From: Candidatus Latescibacterota bacterium
GTDB taxonomy: Bacteria; Latescibacterota; UBA2968; UBA8231
Reading direction: 5' to 3'
Assembly (NCBI GenBank): GCA_965215195.1
Contig: CBDCDC010000002.1
Location: forward strand, 4,256,001 to 4,320,000
DNA length: 64,000 bases
Below are positions 39,488 through 48,154 of the stretch, one piece after another (the first letter of the stretch is position 1; every line of letters starts with the position of its first letter). Position numbers and translations under genes: made by a program. Under the pieces are notes generated by a model, which worked only from the letters and a program-made list of their open reading frames with translations, was not told where the DNA came from and did not search any database.

Positions 39488-41380
39488 TTAATAGGCTACG
39501 TGGATTAGGCGCATGCGGTTGACTTCGTCGGCAGCCGCCTCTATCGAGGCTCTTGCGATATAGGTCCCCGGTGGCACCACAGCGCCGGCATTGTTCGTTC
39601 CGTCCCAGTGCCACTGGGTATAACGTCCGGCGGTTAGGGCATCGGAGAGCACGTTTTTTATTAAGCGACCCGAAAGATCGTATATGAGCAGTTCGGCCGC
39701 GACGGGCTGCACCAAGTGGATGAGCACAAAAGAGAAGATGGACGAATCGTTTATGCCATCGCCATTGGGCGTTATAGCCGGCGGAGAAACGGAAAAGGAC
39801 TGCAGTACGCTTTCGCCGCTGGCGAGGAAAATTACCTCCTGCGAATCCGTGCCCACTTCCCGCGTCGCGTCGCCTTCGGCAATGCGCTGGGGAAGGCTGC
39901 CGGTCGTATCTAGAAGTTGTCCCGTAAACTGGGTGGCAAAGAGCAGGGCTTGCGAGCGAAACGTAATCCGCAGACGCATGTCTTCTCCGGTGCTAATGCG
40001 CCGGGACGGAAAGTAAACGCGCAAACCCGTATCGTCCACGCGCACGCTATCCGGCTGTATTTCCGTTAATTCGTCCCCCATTTCGAGCTTGAGAAACTCG
40101 GGCTGTATCAGCGTTGAGATGCGCACGCCGTCAAAGCCCGTTCCCGCGCCCAAGTCGGCCTTTATGTCGTAGGTAAAAACCGTATCCCGACCGGCCGGAA
40201 CGGACGCGCGCCCACCGGCCGGAAAGGGATCGTCCAATAGAGCCACTTCGCTCCATGCCCGCGCGGCCAGCGGCGGCGTATGCACGATGGCTAGGCTATC
40301 GACCTGCATGCTCGCGGAGGTATTGCCCTCAAAGCGCAGGCGCACTTGAAAAAAATCGCGCGGCCCCGGCAGATCCAGCGGAATGGAGAACGCGCCGCTG
40401 GAGTCGGCGACGAGCGGCTCCGTCCAGGAGGACCAGTGCGTGGCGTCCGGGCGGATGCTGCCCTTGAGGACTGACGGTAGGTCGTCGTACTCTTCTTTGC
40501 TGACCAGCACTTCCGACTGGGTCTCTACGTCGGCGATCTGGTAGTAGTCGAGAGGCGTTTGGTCCGTGCCGTTGCGCATCTGCACGATCACCCGCACTTG
40601 CTCGTCGGCACCCGCGCTGCTTTCGCCTTCCTCGGACAGCGAAACTTTGCGCGCGCGAAAAGTCAATGCGCCGTAGTTGACGGGCTGGGCAAACTGGATG
40701 AGCTGGGTTTCGTAGAGCCCACGCGGCACAAAGCCTTCGCCGTGGACCTCGATTTCCGCCAGCTCAAAGGGGTTGGGTGAAAGCACTCTGAGTTGAATAA
40801 AGCGCACCAGTTGCGTTGGGAAGCGCGCATCCACTCTTGGATCGCGGTTGATCGTCACTTGGCGCACGGCCTCGTAAACGGGCGAGTCATTGGCGTCGAA
40901 AGTGCGCCCGTCATTGAGTGATATTTCGTAGCCAGCGACGAACTCATCCTCTCCTGCACGCGGGTAAAATACAATCTGGCTAACTGGGAACGAAGCCCCG
41001 AGATCTAAGAAAAAAATGCGTCCGCGCTGATTGACCCCCACTTCCTTAAAGCGATTTTCCGTGCTGGTCGTGCCATCTCCGTCCACCAGAACCTCAGACC
41101 CTGCAATGCCCCGCGCCGAATTGTTCCACACCCGTCCGTTGCCCTCGGCGATAAAGCTGCTGGGTGCGCCGACCCCCCAGACGATGAACTGAGTTATATT
41201 CTGATCGAGTGAAAAGCTGGCCGGCCCCAAGACTTGTCCTGCGCCTACTACTACCCCCGCCATAGTCTGCGCCGGCTCGGCCCAGTCTTGCCCGCCCAAG
41301 CCGACCCCCCAGACATCGGCTCGCAGGTCCGCCGCCCCAATACAGAACGGCAGGATTAGCCCGACCAAGGAAGCCCTCAT
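39488..41380 (-). CDS. Secreted protein with C-terminal FlgD-Ig domain (paralog 1)
   Basis: Signal peptide; EIEVHGEGFV, MRNGTDQTP, WSSWT, GFDG, TPNGDGIND...IYDLSGR...WDGTN..G..VPPGTY; ends LIHVAY. Confidence 0.75.
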   Translation of the reverse strand: MRASLVGLILPFCIGAADLRADVWGVGLGGQDWAEPAQTMAGVVVGAGQVLGPASFSLDQNITQFIVWGVGAPSSFIAEGNGRVWNNSARGIAGSEVLVDGDGTTSTENRFKEVGVNQRGRIFFLDLGASFPVSQIVFYPRAGEDEFVAGYEISLNDGRTFDANDSPVYEAVRQVTINRDPRVDARFPTQLVRFIQLRVLSPNPFELAEIEVHGEGFVPRGLYETQLIQFAQPVNYGALTFRARKVSLSEEGESSAGADEQVRVIVQMRNGTDQTPLDYYQIADVETQSEVLVSKEEYDDLPSVLKGSIRPDATHWSSWTEPLVADSSGAFSIPLDLPGPRDFFQVRLRFEGNTSASMQVDSLAIVHTPPLAARAWSEVALLDDPFPAGGRASVPAGRDTVFTYDIKADLGAGTGFDGVRISTLIQPEFLKLEMGDELTEIQPDSVRVDDTGLRVYFPSRRISTGEDMRLRITFRSQALLFATQFTGQLLDTTGSLPQRIAEGDATREVGTDSQEVIFLASGESVLQSFSVSPPAITPNGDGINDSSIFSFVLIHLVQPVAAELLIYDLSGRLIKNVLSDALTAGRYTQWHWDGTNNAGAVVPPGTYIARASIEAAADEVNRMRLIHVAY

Positions 41381-42111
41381 TGCCTATTCACTAGTTCGGG
41401 CGGTGGCTGAAACCCCTTAAACACCTCGCGCTGAAAGTGAAAGGTCAGATCCTTGGTCTGCACGGGCTCGTTGCGGTAATTGTAGCGCAGTGCAATGCCT
41501 CGGACGTGGATGGAAAACTCCGTCACGTCCGGGGCTAGGCTCGGAAAAACGACAAAACCCTCTGCCTCTTGGCCGCTGAAGATGATCTGCTCCTGAAACA
41601 TAGTGCGCTTGAGCACGTCCTCGCGCTCGTTAAAGCGCCGGTATTCGTTGCCGGCATATCCCTGAATAAACGAATAGTAGTATTCTAGGAGCTGCAGTGG
41701 TTCTAAGGGCGCGTACTTGCGATACCCATCCTTTGAAACCAGCTCGATCTCGAGGGGATCGACGCCGACTTTGGGGTAGGCGTAGTTTTTAACTTTTAGC
41801 AGCCACACGCTGTGTTTGGGCGGCGTCCACTCTTCGCCCATGCGCTTCCAGTCGCCGAAAGTGTAGGGATTGGTCGATACGGGCCCCTGGGTGGAGTGCT
41901 GGGGGAATTTGCGGTTCAATTCGGCGTCGGTCATAGGGCGCAGACCGATCTCCAGCCGCTCGAACGAATAGGTGATCAAGCCATCGTCTTTAATCACCAT
42001 ATCGGCCTCCTGTTGCCCTTGCGGGGCTGGCTGAATTGGCCCGTCGAAATAACGCCCACATCCTGCCAACATCGCTAGGGAACAAAGCCACGAACCACAC
42101 CGCACCATCAT
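41377..42111 (-). CDS. Hypothetical lipoprotein
   Basis: Lipobox MLAGC; stop overlaps the start of the next gene; the ORF track extends to 42150. Confidence 0.7.
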   Translation of the reverse strand: MMVRCGSWLCSLAMLAGCGRYFDGPIQPAPQGQQEADMVIKDDGLITYSFERLEIGLRPMTDAELNRKFPQHSTQGPVSTNPYTFGDWKRMGEEWTPPKHSVWLLKVKNYAYPKVGVDPLEIELVSKDGYRKYAPLEPLQLLEYYYSFIQGYAGNEYRRFNEREDVLKRTMFQEQIIFSGQEAEGFVVFPSLAPDVTEFSIHVRGIALRYNYRNEPVQTKDLTFHFQREVFKGFQPPPELVNRQ

Positions 42112-42136
42112 GTTAACCTCGGGAAGTATAATTGTA

Positions 42137-42164
42137 TTGGGCGGCGGCATCTGCCGCCGCCCAA
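42137..42164 (-). other. Intra-operon stem-loop after the CBM9-like gene
   Basis: Perfect 13-bp inverted repeat ttgggcggcggca / tgccgccgcccaa; no U-tract. Confidence 0.6.
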
Positions 42165-42187
42165 CCTGTGGTCAAAGGACCGTTCAG

Positions 42188-43114
42188 TTAGTCGTTGAAG
42201 GTCGCTTTGATTCTTGCCCAGCTCTCGGATTCCACGGCGGTGCCTCCGCCATCGGCGCGATCGTACTCGTCCGCGCCGAGCAGCGTGTATTCCGAGCAGA
42301 CATCGCAGTTGCCCGAAGCGCCGTCCTCGCCGGTTGTTGCTAGCTGGTGCGTACGGCGATCTTCGGGATTATCCGCTTCGTTTAGCTGATAGGTCAGGCG
42401 GATGATCTGCCCGGCCTCGTTGTCGTGGCGGATGCTGTTGTCCGCACCGTCCAACGACGCAAAATCCCAAAGGGGAATGCTGTATTCGTAGTTGACCGTG
42501 ACGTTGGTCGAACCGGTGGTTGCTCCCGGAGGATTGGTCGTCACTCTGGACTCGGCGAACTCGTCCATCCAGTGGATTTCCTCGACCACCTGCCAGCGCA
42601 ACCACCACGAGCCATCGCCGCCATAGGGCGTTTCATACACGCCGGGAACCGGCAGGTGCATGGTAAACTGCTGCCCCTCGGCGCGTGTGCCCGACTCGCC
42701 GTCGCCGTCGTGCGGACCGCCGCTGGCATTGGCGTCGGTGATGATCTCGAGATCGTCGTCGCGCCAGCCGTCGTCAAAGACGTCCGAGGTGACGACCAGC
42801 GTGTCGTCGGTGGCGCGCACAAATCCGTAGAGCTTGTTGTCGCGGTCCGTGCCCGTCCACGCCGTCATGATGGCCACGTCGAGGTCGCTCTTGTCCAGCA
42901 CTTCGGCCTTCTGGATTTCGTACATCTCGTCGGGACCAACGGTGAAATTGGCGTCGAACCACGCCCAGTCGCCATCGTCGCCATCAATGGTGATGGTGAC
43001 ATCAGCAGGCACCTCTAAGGCAAAGTAGCCAATGCCGTTGGCATTGGACTGGCCGTAGGCGAAGCTCGCCAAGGCCACGGACAACACTGCTGCTATGAGT
43101 GCGTTCTTGTGCAT
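42188..43114 (-). CDS. Secreted CBM9/DOMON-like acidic protein with C-terminal SWARIK motif
   Basis: Signal peptide (SFAYG-Q); ITIDGDDGDW, LYGFVRATDD, WRDDDLEIITD, YEYSIP; ends GGGTAVESESWARIKATFND. Confidence 0.65.
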   Translation of the reverse strand: MHKNALIAAVLSVALASFAYGQSNANGIGYFALEVPADVTITIDGDDGDWAWFDANFTVGPDEMYEIQKAEVLDKSDLDVAIMTAWTGTDRDNKLYGFVRATDDTLVVTSDVFDDGWRDDDLEIITDANASGGPHDGDGESGTRAEGQQFTMHLPVPGVYETPYGGDGSWWLRWQVVEEIHWMDEFAESRVTTNPPGATTGSTNVTVNYEYSIPLWDFASLDGADNSIRHDNEAGQIIRLTYQLNEADNPEDRRTHQLATTGEDGASGNCDVCSEYTLLGADEYDRADGGGTAVESESWARIKATFND

Positions 43115-43240
43115 ATTTTTCTCCTTATTTGGATAGGGTAGAGATGTTGCTCTTCTCTGCTTCTGCAGTTGCGAATGCTGTATCCATTCACCTCCTTCCG
43201 CATTTAGAGTAGGGCGATCTGGGCTCGTCTATGGGTAGCG

Positions 43241-45004
43241 CTACTGCTCTAGGTTAGACAGGGCCTGTTCGTCAATAACTATCTCAGTCCTGTACTTATG
43301 CTTCAACTCATCTAGATAGCTATCAAAGTATTCTTCAATCGCGTGCCGATGGGCGTAGCGCAATTGACGCCATATTCTGGACTGCACCTTGGGGGCAGCA
43401 AAAGAGAGGGTCTTTTCCGGGCGCAGTGCCAGCACTTTGAGCACGAGGTACCCGGTCATAGCGCCGCTCAACTCAATGGGGAGCGGTCCCTTGATGCCGC
43501 CAACCGGCATATCCCGCACGGCTTGGATCATGGTGGCCATAGCGCCTTGGGCTGTCGCCGTGTCAGCCAGCGCGAAGTTAAATACGTCGAACTGACGTAC
43601 GCGCCCCTTAAATGCCGGATACGTGCGCATGATCTCGGCCATATCCTCGCCGGCGCGTACGCGCCGGGCGATGGCGTGCGAAGCCGTTTCCGAATCGACC
43701 AATGCACCGGCAAAAAATGTGCGCACCGGCAGGGTGAATTCCTCTGTTAGGTCCCGATATAGAATGCGCTGCTGTTCCTCTGTGACGAAGTGCGCTTCTA
43801 CTTCCATGCGCCGCAGCATCTCGATCATGGCCTCTTCGCGCGTATCCCGCACGAACTGAAGCACGGCCTCCTCGCGGTCCAACCCTTGTTGCTGGGCCAG
43901 CAGCGGTAGCAGGATTTTGCGCAACGCTTCGTGCTGGGCAAATTCGACCACCGCGCTGCTGTCTATGGCGTGGGGGCGACGCTTGGGTTCGGCCTCCTCT
44001 ACCAAAGCCACATACGCGTTCAGGTCAATGCGCCCTCCGCTATGGCGCAGCAGGATGCGCCCGTGGTCTCCTGCCTCCAGCACGGGCACACCGCCTTCGG
44101 CCAATCGCCCCCGTTGCAGCAAAACGCCCAATACCTGTGCATCTACTGAAAGACCAAAGTGCGCTTTCTGGTCGGCTAAGTATTTGGACCAGCGCTCTTT
44201 TTTTTGCTGCTTTTCCAGCGCTTGGCGCAGCGTTTTCTTTTGGCTCGCAAAACTGACGTAGCGCTCTTCATCGGCCCTGATCAGGTGGTACGTTCCCTGC
44301 GAGTCGCGGTACGGTTCGGACACCTCGCCGATCGGCAGGCGAAAAAGCTCGGCGACAAACCCGCTGTGCTGTGCTTCTTCCTCCTGCCAAAACCCCGTGT
44401 CTCCACCCTTGGCCGCCGATGTGCGATCGAGGGACTGCTCGCGCGCCAGTAGCGCAAAATCGGCACCTTGCCGCAACTGCTCCTGCACGGCCCGAGCTTC
44501 TTCGAGGCTGCCTACCTGAATGTGACTCGCCCGCAGCTCCCGCTTTTTGTGCAATCCGCTCTGGTGGAAATGCGACCGGAGTTCCTCTTCCGCTATGGAA
44601 ACGTCTCCGGTGACTTCCTCGTACAGACGCTCGACCAGCCTCCGGTCGTGCGCCTGTTGTACGCTTGCGACCACGTCGGGATGCTGATCCAAACCCTTCG
44701 CCCGGGCCTCTAAGACCAGCATCTTGCGCTCGATAAAAGGCTGTAGCATTTCCCGCGCATTGCCCGCTGTAAAGCGGCGCATCTTGCGCTCGGCGCGGAG
44801 CAAGTCATCTACCAGAATGACTTCGCTCCCGACCCTGGCCAGCACGACCGAATTCACAGCCCAGGCACCGCCGGCCATCAGCCCGACAATCGCCATCGCG
44901 GCCCAGCAGGTAGCCATCTGTCCAGCGCAAACCAGTGCTCTCTTTGCCGCTGCTAACTCAATGCTCATAAAGCAGTTATGTTCCATTGCAACCTGTGAAA
45001 GCAT
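43241..45004 (-). CDS. PpiC-type peptidyl-prolyl isomerase (SurA/PrsA-like)
   Basis: VLARVG, EARAKGLD, RASHIQV, GADFALLAREQSLD..SAAKGGDTG, GEVSEP; second degenerate parvulin unit. True start uncertain. Confidence 0.82.
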   Translation of the reverse strand: MLSQVAMEHNCFMSIELAAAKRALVCAGQMATCWAAMAIVGLMAGGAWAVNSVVLARVGSEVILVDDLLRAERKMRRFTAGNAREMLQPFIERKMLVLEARAKGLDQHPDVVASVQQAHDRRLVERLYEEVTGDVSIAEEELRSHFHQSGLHKKRELRASHIQVGSLEEARAVQEQLRQGADFALLAREQSLDRTSAAKGGDTGFWQEEEAQHSGFVAELFRLPIGEVSEPYRDSQGTYHLIRADEERYVSFASQKKTLRQALEKQQKKERWSKYLADQKAHFGLSVDAQVLGVLLQRGRLAEGGVPVLEAGDHGRILLRHSGGRIDLNAYVALVEEAEPKRRPHAIDSSAVVEFAQHEALRKILLPLLAQQQGLDREEAVLQFVRDTREEAMIEMLRRMEVEAHFVTEEQQRILYRDLTEEFTLPVRTFFAGALVDSETASHAIARRVRAGEDMAEIMRTYPAFKGRVRQFDVFNFALADTATAQGAMATMIQAVRDMPVGGIKGPLPIELSGAMTGYLVLKVLALRPEKTLSFAAPKVQSRIWRQLRYAHRHAIEEYFDSYLDELKHKYRTEIVIDEQALSNLEQ

Positions 45005-45144
45005 GAATAGCTTAAAAAAGACCCTGTGTCAAGTGGCCTCTTCCACGTCGATATTCATGGCCGGTGCTCGGCGACTCCCATCTTCCAGCACCTATTTTAG
45101 ACGCCAACGGGCCTAGCATCTAACCCGATCTTTTTTGCCGCGCC

Positions 45145-46713
45145 CTAAGTGTGTGATTGTTCTAAGGCGGCGTACAGGCCGATAAGCTCGTCGTACGCGG
45201 CTACGGCCTTTGGCTCCGGTTCGATGGTCGATCCGGCGACCGGCTGGGCGAATGGCTCGACAACTTCCGCCCACGAAGGCGCGTGGCCGGCTGTGGATTG
45301 GTGGGCGTGGGCGGCGCGCAAGGCCGCGCCTAGAGCCGCCGAATTGGTCGTCTCGAAGCGGTGGACCGGGCAGTTGTGGACATTGGCGAAGACGCGCAGG
45401 ATTGCGGCGTTGGCCGACGCGCCGCCGGTGACGTAGAGCGAGGAAATTTCTACGCCCATCCAGCGCGCGTGGATGCGCGAGGAAAGGGCTTGGGCCTCGA
45501 TGACGGCGCGGACATTGGCCGGCGCGTCCTCGGGGTCGAGGTTGGCGCGGACGACGTTGGGCCGGGGGACTTTGGGGACGATTTCCGGGGCGAAATAAGG
45601 GAGCATGAGTGCGCCGTTGTTGCCCGGCGGCGTGGTGTGCAAGGCTTGGGTAAACTGCTGCCAGTTCATGCCGTATTGGTCGCGCACGGCCTCGCGGGCC
45701 AAGCTGCCGTTGAGATAGCAAGTCAGGGCCATGTAGTGGGTGCCGTCGGGCGAGGCAAAGACCGCGCCCTCGCCGGCCGCAGAAGTGCGCGGCTGGTCCA
45801 TGCAGGCGAACAGGGTGTCCGAAGTGCCCAAGCTCAGGGCGACTTGGCCCGGGGCGACGAGTCCGAGGCCGATTAGGCTACACGGATTGTCGCCGGAAAA
45901 AGGCAACACGAGGCAGTCTCCTGCAAAGCCGTAGCGATCCACGTAATAGGGGCTGATAGGGCCGACGGGCTGGCCGGAGGGAGCGATGGGCAGCAGTTTG
46001 GCGGCTAGGCCGGGGGCGGTGGCGTCGAGCGCGAGCGCACTCCACTGGCGCGCGGCAATATCCATCATGTTGGTGCCGCTGCCGTCGCCGGGGTCAACGC
46101 CGACGAGCCGTCCCGCGAGCAGGCTGGCGATGTATGAGCTGACCAAGCCGATGTACGCAGTGTCGGCGTACGCAGCGGGTTCGGTCTGGTAAAACTTGCG
46201 GATCTGCGGGCCGCTGAAGCGCTCAAAGGCCGCGTTGCCCGTGAGCGCGAGCAGGCTTTCGCGCCCGCCGAGGCCCGCTTCGATCTCGGCGCATTGCGAG
46301 GCCGTGGAAGTGTCCATCCAGATGGGAGAGGTCGGGCGGGAGAAGATGGCGGCGAGCTGGTCTTTGAGCGGCTGACCGGGCGACAGACGCGCCAAGGCCG
46401 GGCCGGCGCGGGCGTTGAGATAGACGGTGCCGTGCTGCTGGCCGCTGCCGGCGACAGCCCGCACTGCGCTGAGATCGTGCCCTTGGTCGGCGAGCGTCTG
46501 CAGGAGCAGGTCCAGTGCTTCGGCCCACATCAGAGGTGCGCTGTGGATCGCGCCCGCGCCGAGATCGAAGACGCCGTTGACGACCTCATAAGCGGCTTTG
46601 AAGTGCTCGTCGAAGTTGATGGACGCTTCGGCGACGATGGTGCGCTGGTCTGCGTTGATGAGCAGGCCGGTGATGGACTGGGTGCTAGCGTCAATGCCCA
46701 AATAGTTGCTCAT
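45145..46713 (-). CDS. xylB: FGGY-family xylulokinase (eukaryote-like subtype)
   Basis: LGIDASTQS, GSGQQHG, PIWMDTST, ERFSGPQIRK, GDNPCSL, SLGTSDT, VTGGAS. Confidence 0.78.
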   Translation of the reverse strand: MSNYLGIDASTQSITGLLINADQRTIVAEASINFDEHFKAAYEVVNGVFDLGAGAIHSAPLMWAEALDLLLQTLADQGHDLSAVRAVAGSGQQHGTVYLNARAGPALARLSPGQPLKDQLAAIFSRPTSPIWMDTSTASQCAEIEAGLGGRESLLALTGNAAFERFSGPQIRKFYQTEPAAYADTAYIGLVSSYIASLLAGRLVGVDPGDGSGTNMMDIAARQWSALALDATAPGLAAKLLPIAPSGQPVGPISPYYVDRYGFAGDCLVLPFSGDNPCSLIGLGLVAPGQVALSLGTSDTLFACMDQPRTSAAGEGAVFASPDGTHYMALTCYLNGSLAREAVRDQYGMNWQQFTQALHTTPPGNNGALMLPYFAPEIVPKVPRPNVVRANLDPEDAPANVRAVIEAQALSSRIHARWMGVEISSLYVTGGASANAAILRVFANVHNCPVHRFETTNSAALGAALRAAHAHQSTAGHAPSWAEVVEPFAQPVAGSTIEPEPKAVAAYDELIGLYAALEQSHT

Positions 46714-46787
46714 AAAAATGACCTTCTTTATTGTTTTTTTTATTCAGGACTACAACGTAACCAATTTGCCAAAGGGGAAGCAACGCA

Positions 46788-48107
46788 ATGGAGGCATGGG
46801 CGGAACAGCCTGCAACCGAGGAGACGCTGGCCACAGTGGACCCGGAAGTCGAGGCTATCATTCGCGCTGAAAACAGGCGTCAGCACCACAAAATTCGCCT
46901 GATCCCATCTGAAAATTACGCCAGTCGAGCCGTACTCGAAGCCAGCGGTTCAATCCTGACGAATAAGTACTCCGAAGGATACGCGGGTGCGCGCTACTAC
47001 GAGGGCCAGCGAGAGATCGACAAGATCGAGCGGCTCTGCGTCGAGCGCGCCAAGGAGGTTTTTGGAGCCGAGCACGTCAATGTGCAGCCCTATTCGGGCT
47101 CGCCAGCCAATCAAGCCGTGTACGTCGGCTTGTGCGAGCCGGGCGACGCGGTCATGGGCTTGGCGCTGGCGCACGGAGGCCATCTGACGCACGGCGACCG
47201 CGTCAGCATCTCGGGGATGCACTACAAGTCCGTGCAATACGGAGTGTGCCGGGATAGCGGCCAGATCGACTTCGACCAAGTCGAATCGCTGGCCAAAGAG
47301 CACCGGCCCAAGCTGATCTTCTGCGGGGGCACGGCCTATCCGCGCATCATCGACTTTGCGCGCTTTGCCGAGATCGGGCATTCCGTGGGAGCCATTGTGG
47401 TCGCCGACATCGCGCATATTGCCGGGTTGGTGGCCGCCGGGGTGCATCCCAGCCCGGTGCCGCACGTGGATGTAGTAACGACTACAACTCACAAGTCGCT
47501 GCGGGGGCCGCGCGGCGGGATGATCTTGTGCCGGGCGCAGTACGCTGCGGCCCTCGATAGAGCGGTGTTCCCAGGCTTGCAGGGCGGGCCGCACAACAGC
47601 ACCACGGCCGCGATTGCCGTCGCGCTCAAGGAGGCGATGAGCGAGGCGTTTGCAGTGTATGCCCAGCAGATTGTCGCCAACGCTCAGACCTTGGCCGCCG
47701 CTCTGTCGGCGCACGGTTTTGCCCTCAGTTCGGGCGGGACCGACAACCACCTTATTCTCATGGACATGACCGATAAAGGCATTGCTGGTTATGCGATGGC
47801 CAAGGCCCTTGACGCATCGGGCATCGTCTGCAACTTCAATTGCGTGCCCTTTGATCCGCGGCCGGCGCGCAAGCCCAGCGGCATCCGCATTGGCACGCCG
47901 GCGATTACCAGCCGGGGCTTTGGTGCCGAGGAGATGAGGCAGGTGGCCGAGTGGATGGAGCGGGTCGCCCGAGTCCGCGCCGACAAACGGCTGGAACTCA
48001 ACGACCGGAAAGTGGAGTACGCCGAGGTGGCGGCTGAGGTGCGGGCGCTGTGTGCTCGCTTTCCAGCACCTGGTTTGCTCTACGATGGCGAGGGAAGGCC
48101 GATTTGA
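46788..48107 (+). CDS. glyA: Serine hydroxymethyltransferase
   Basis: LIPSENY, NKYSEGY, NVQPYSGS.AN, GGHLTHG, TTTTHKSLRGPRGG, SGGTDNHL, SGIRIGTPA. Confidence 0.96.
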   Translation: MEAWAEQPATEETLATVDPEVEAIIRAENRRQHHKIRLIPSENYASRAVLEASGSILTNKYSEGYAGARYYEGQREIDKIERLCVERAKEVFGAEHVNVQPYSGSPANQAVYVGLCEPGDAVMGLALAHGGHLTHGDRVSISGMHYKSVQYGVCRDSGQIDFDQVESLAKEHRPKLIFCGGTAYPRIIDFARFAEIGHSVGAIVVADIAHIAGLVAAGVHPSPVPHVDVVTTTTHKSLRGPRGGMILCRAQYAAALDRAVFPGLQGGPHNSTTAAIAVALKEAMSEAFAVYAQQIVANAQTLAAALSAHGFALSSGGTDNHLILMDMTDKGIAGYAMAKALDASGIVCNFNCVPFDPRPARKPSGIRIGTPAITSRGFGAEEMRQVAEWMERVARVRADKRLELNDRKVEYAEVAAEVRALCARFPAPGLLYDGEGRPI

Positions 48108-48154
48108 CCTACGTGATTGAAAAAGGCCCGGTACGGGCGTAAAAAAGGCTTCTA

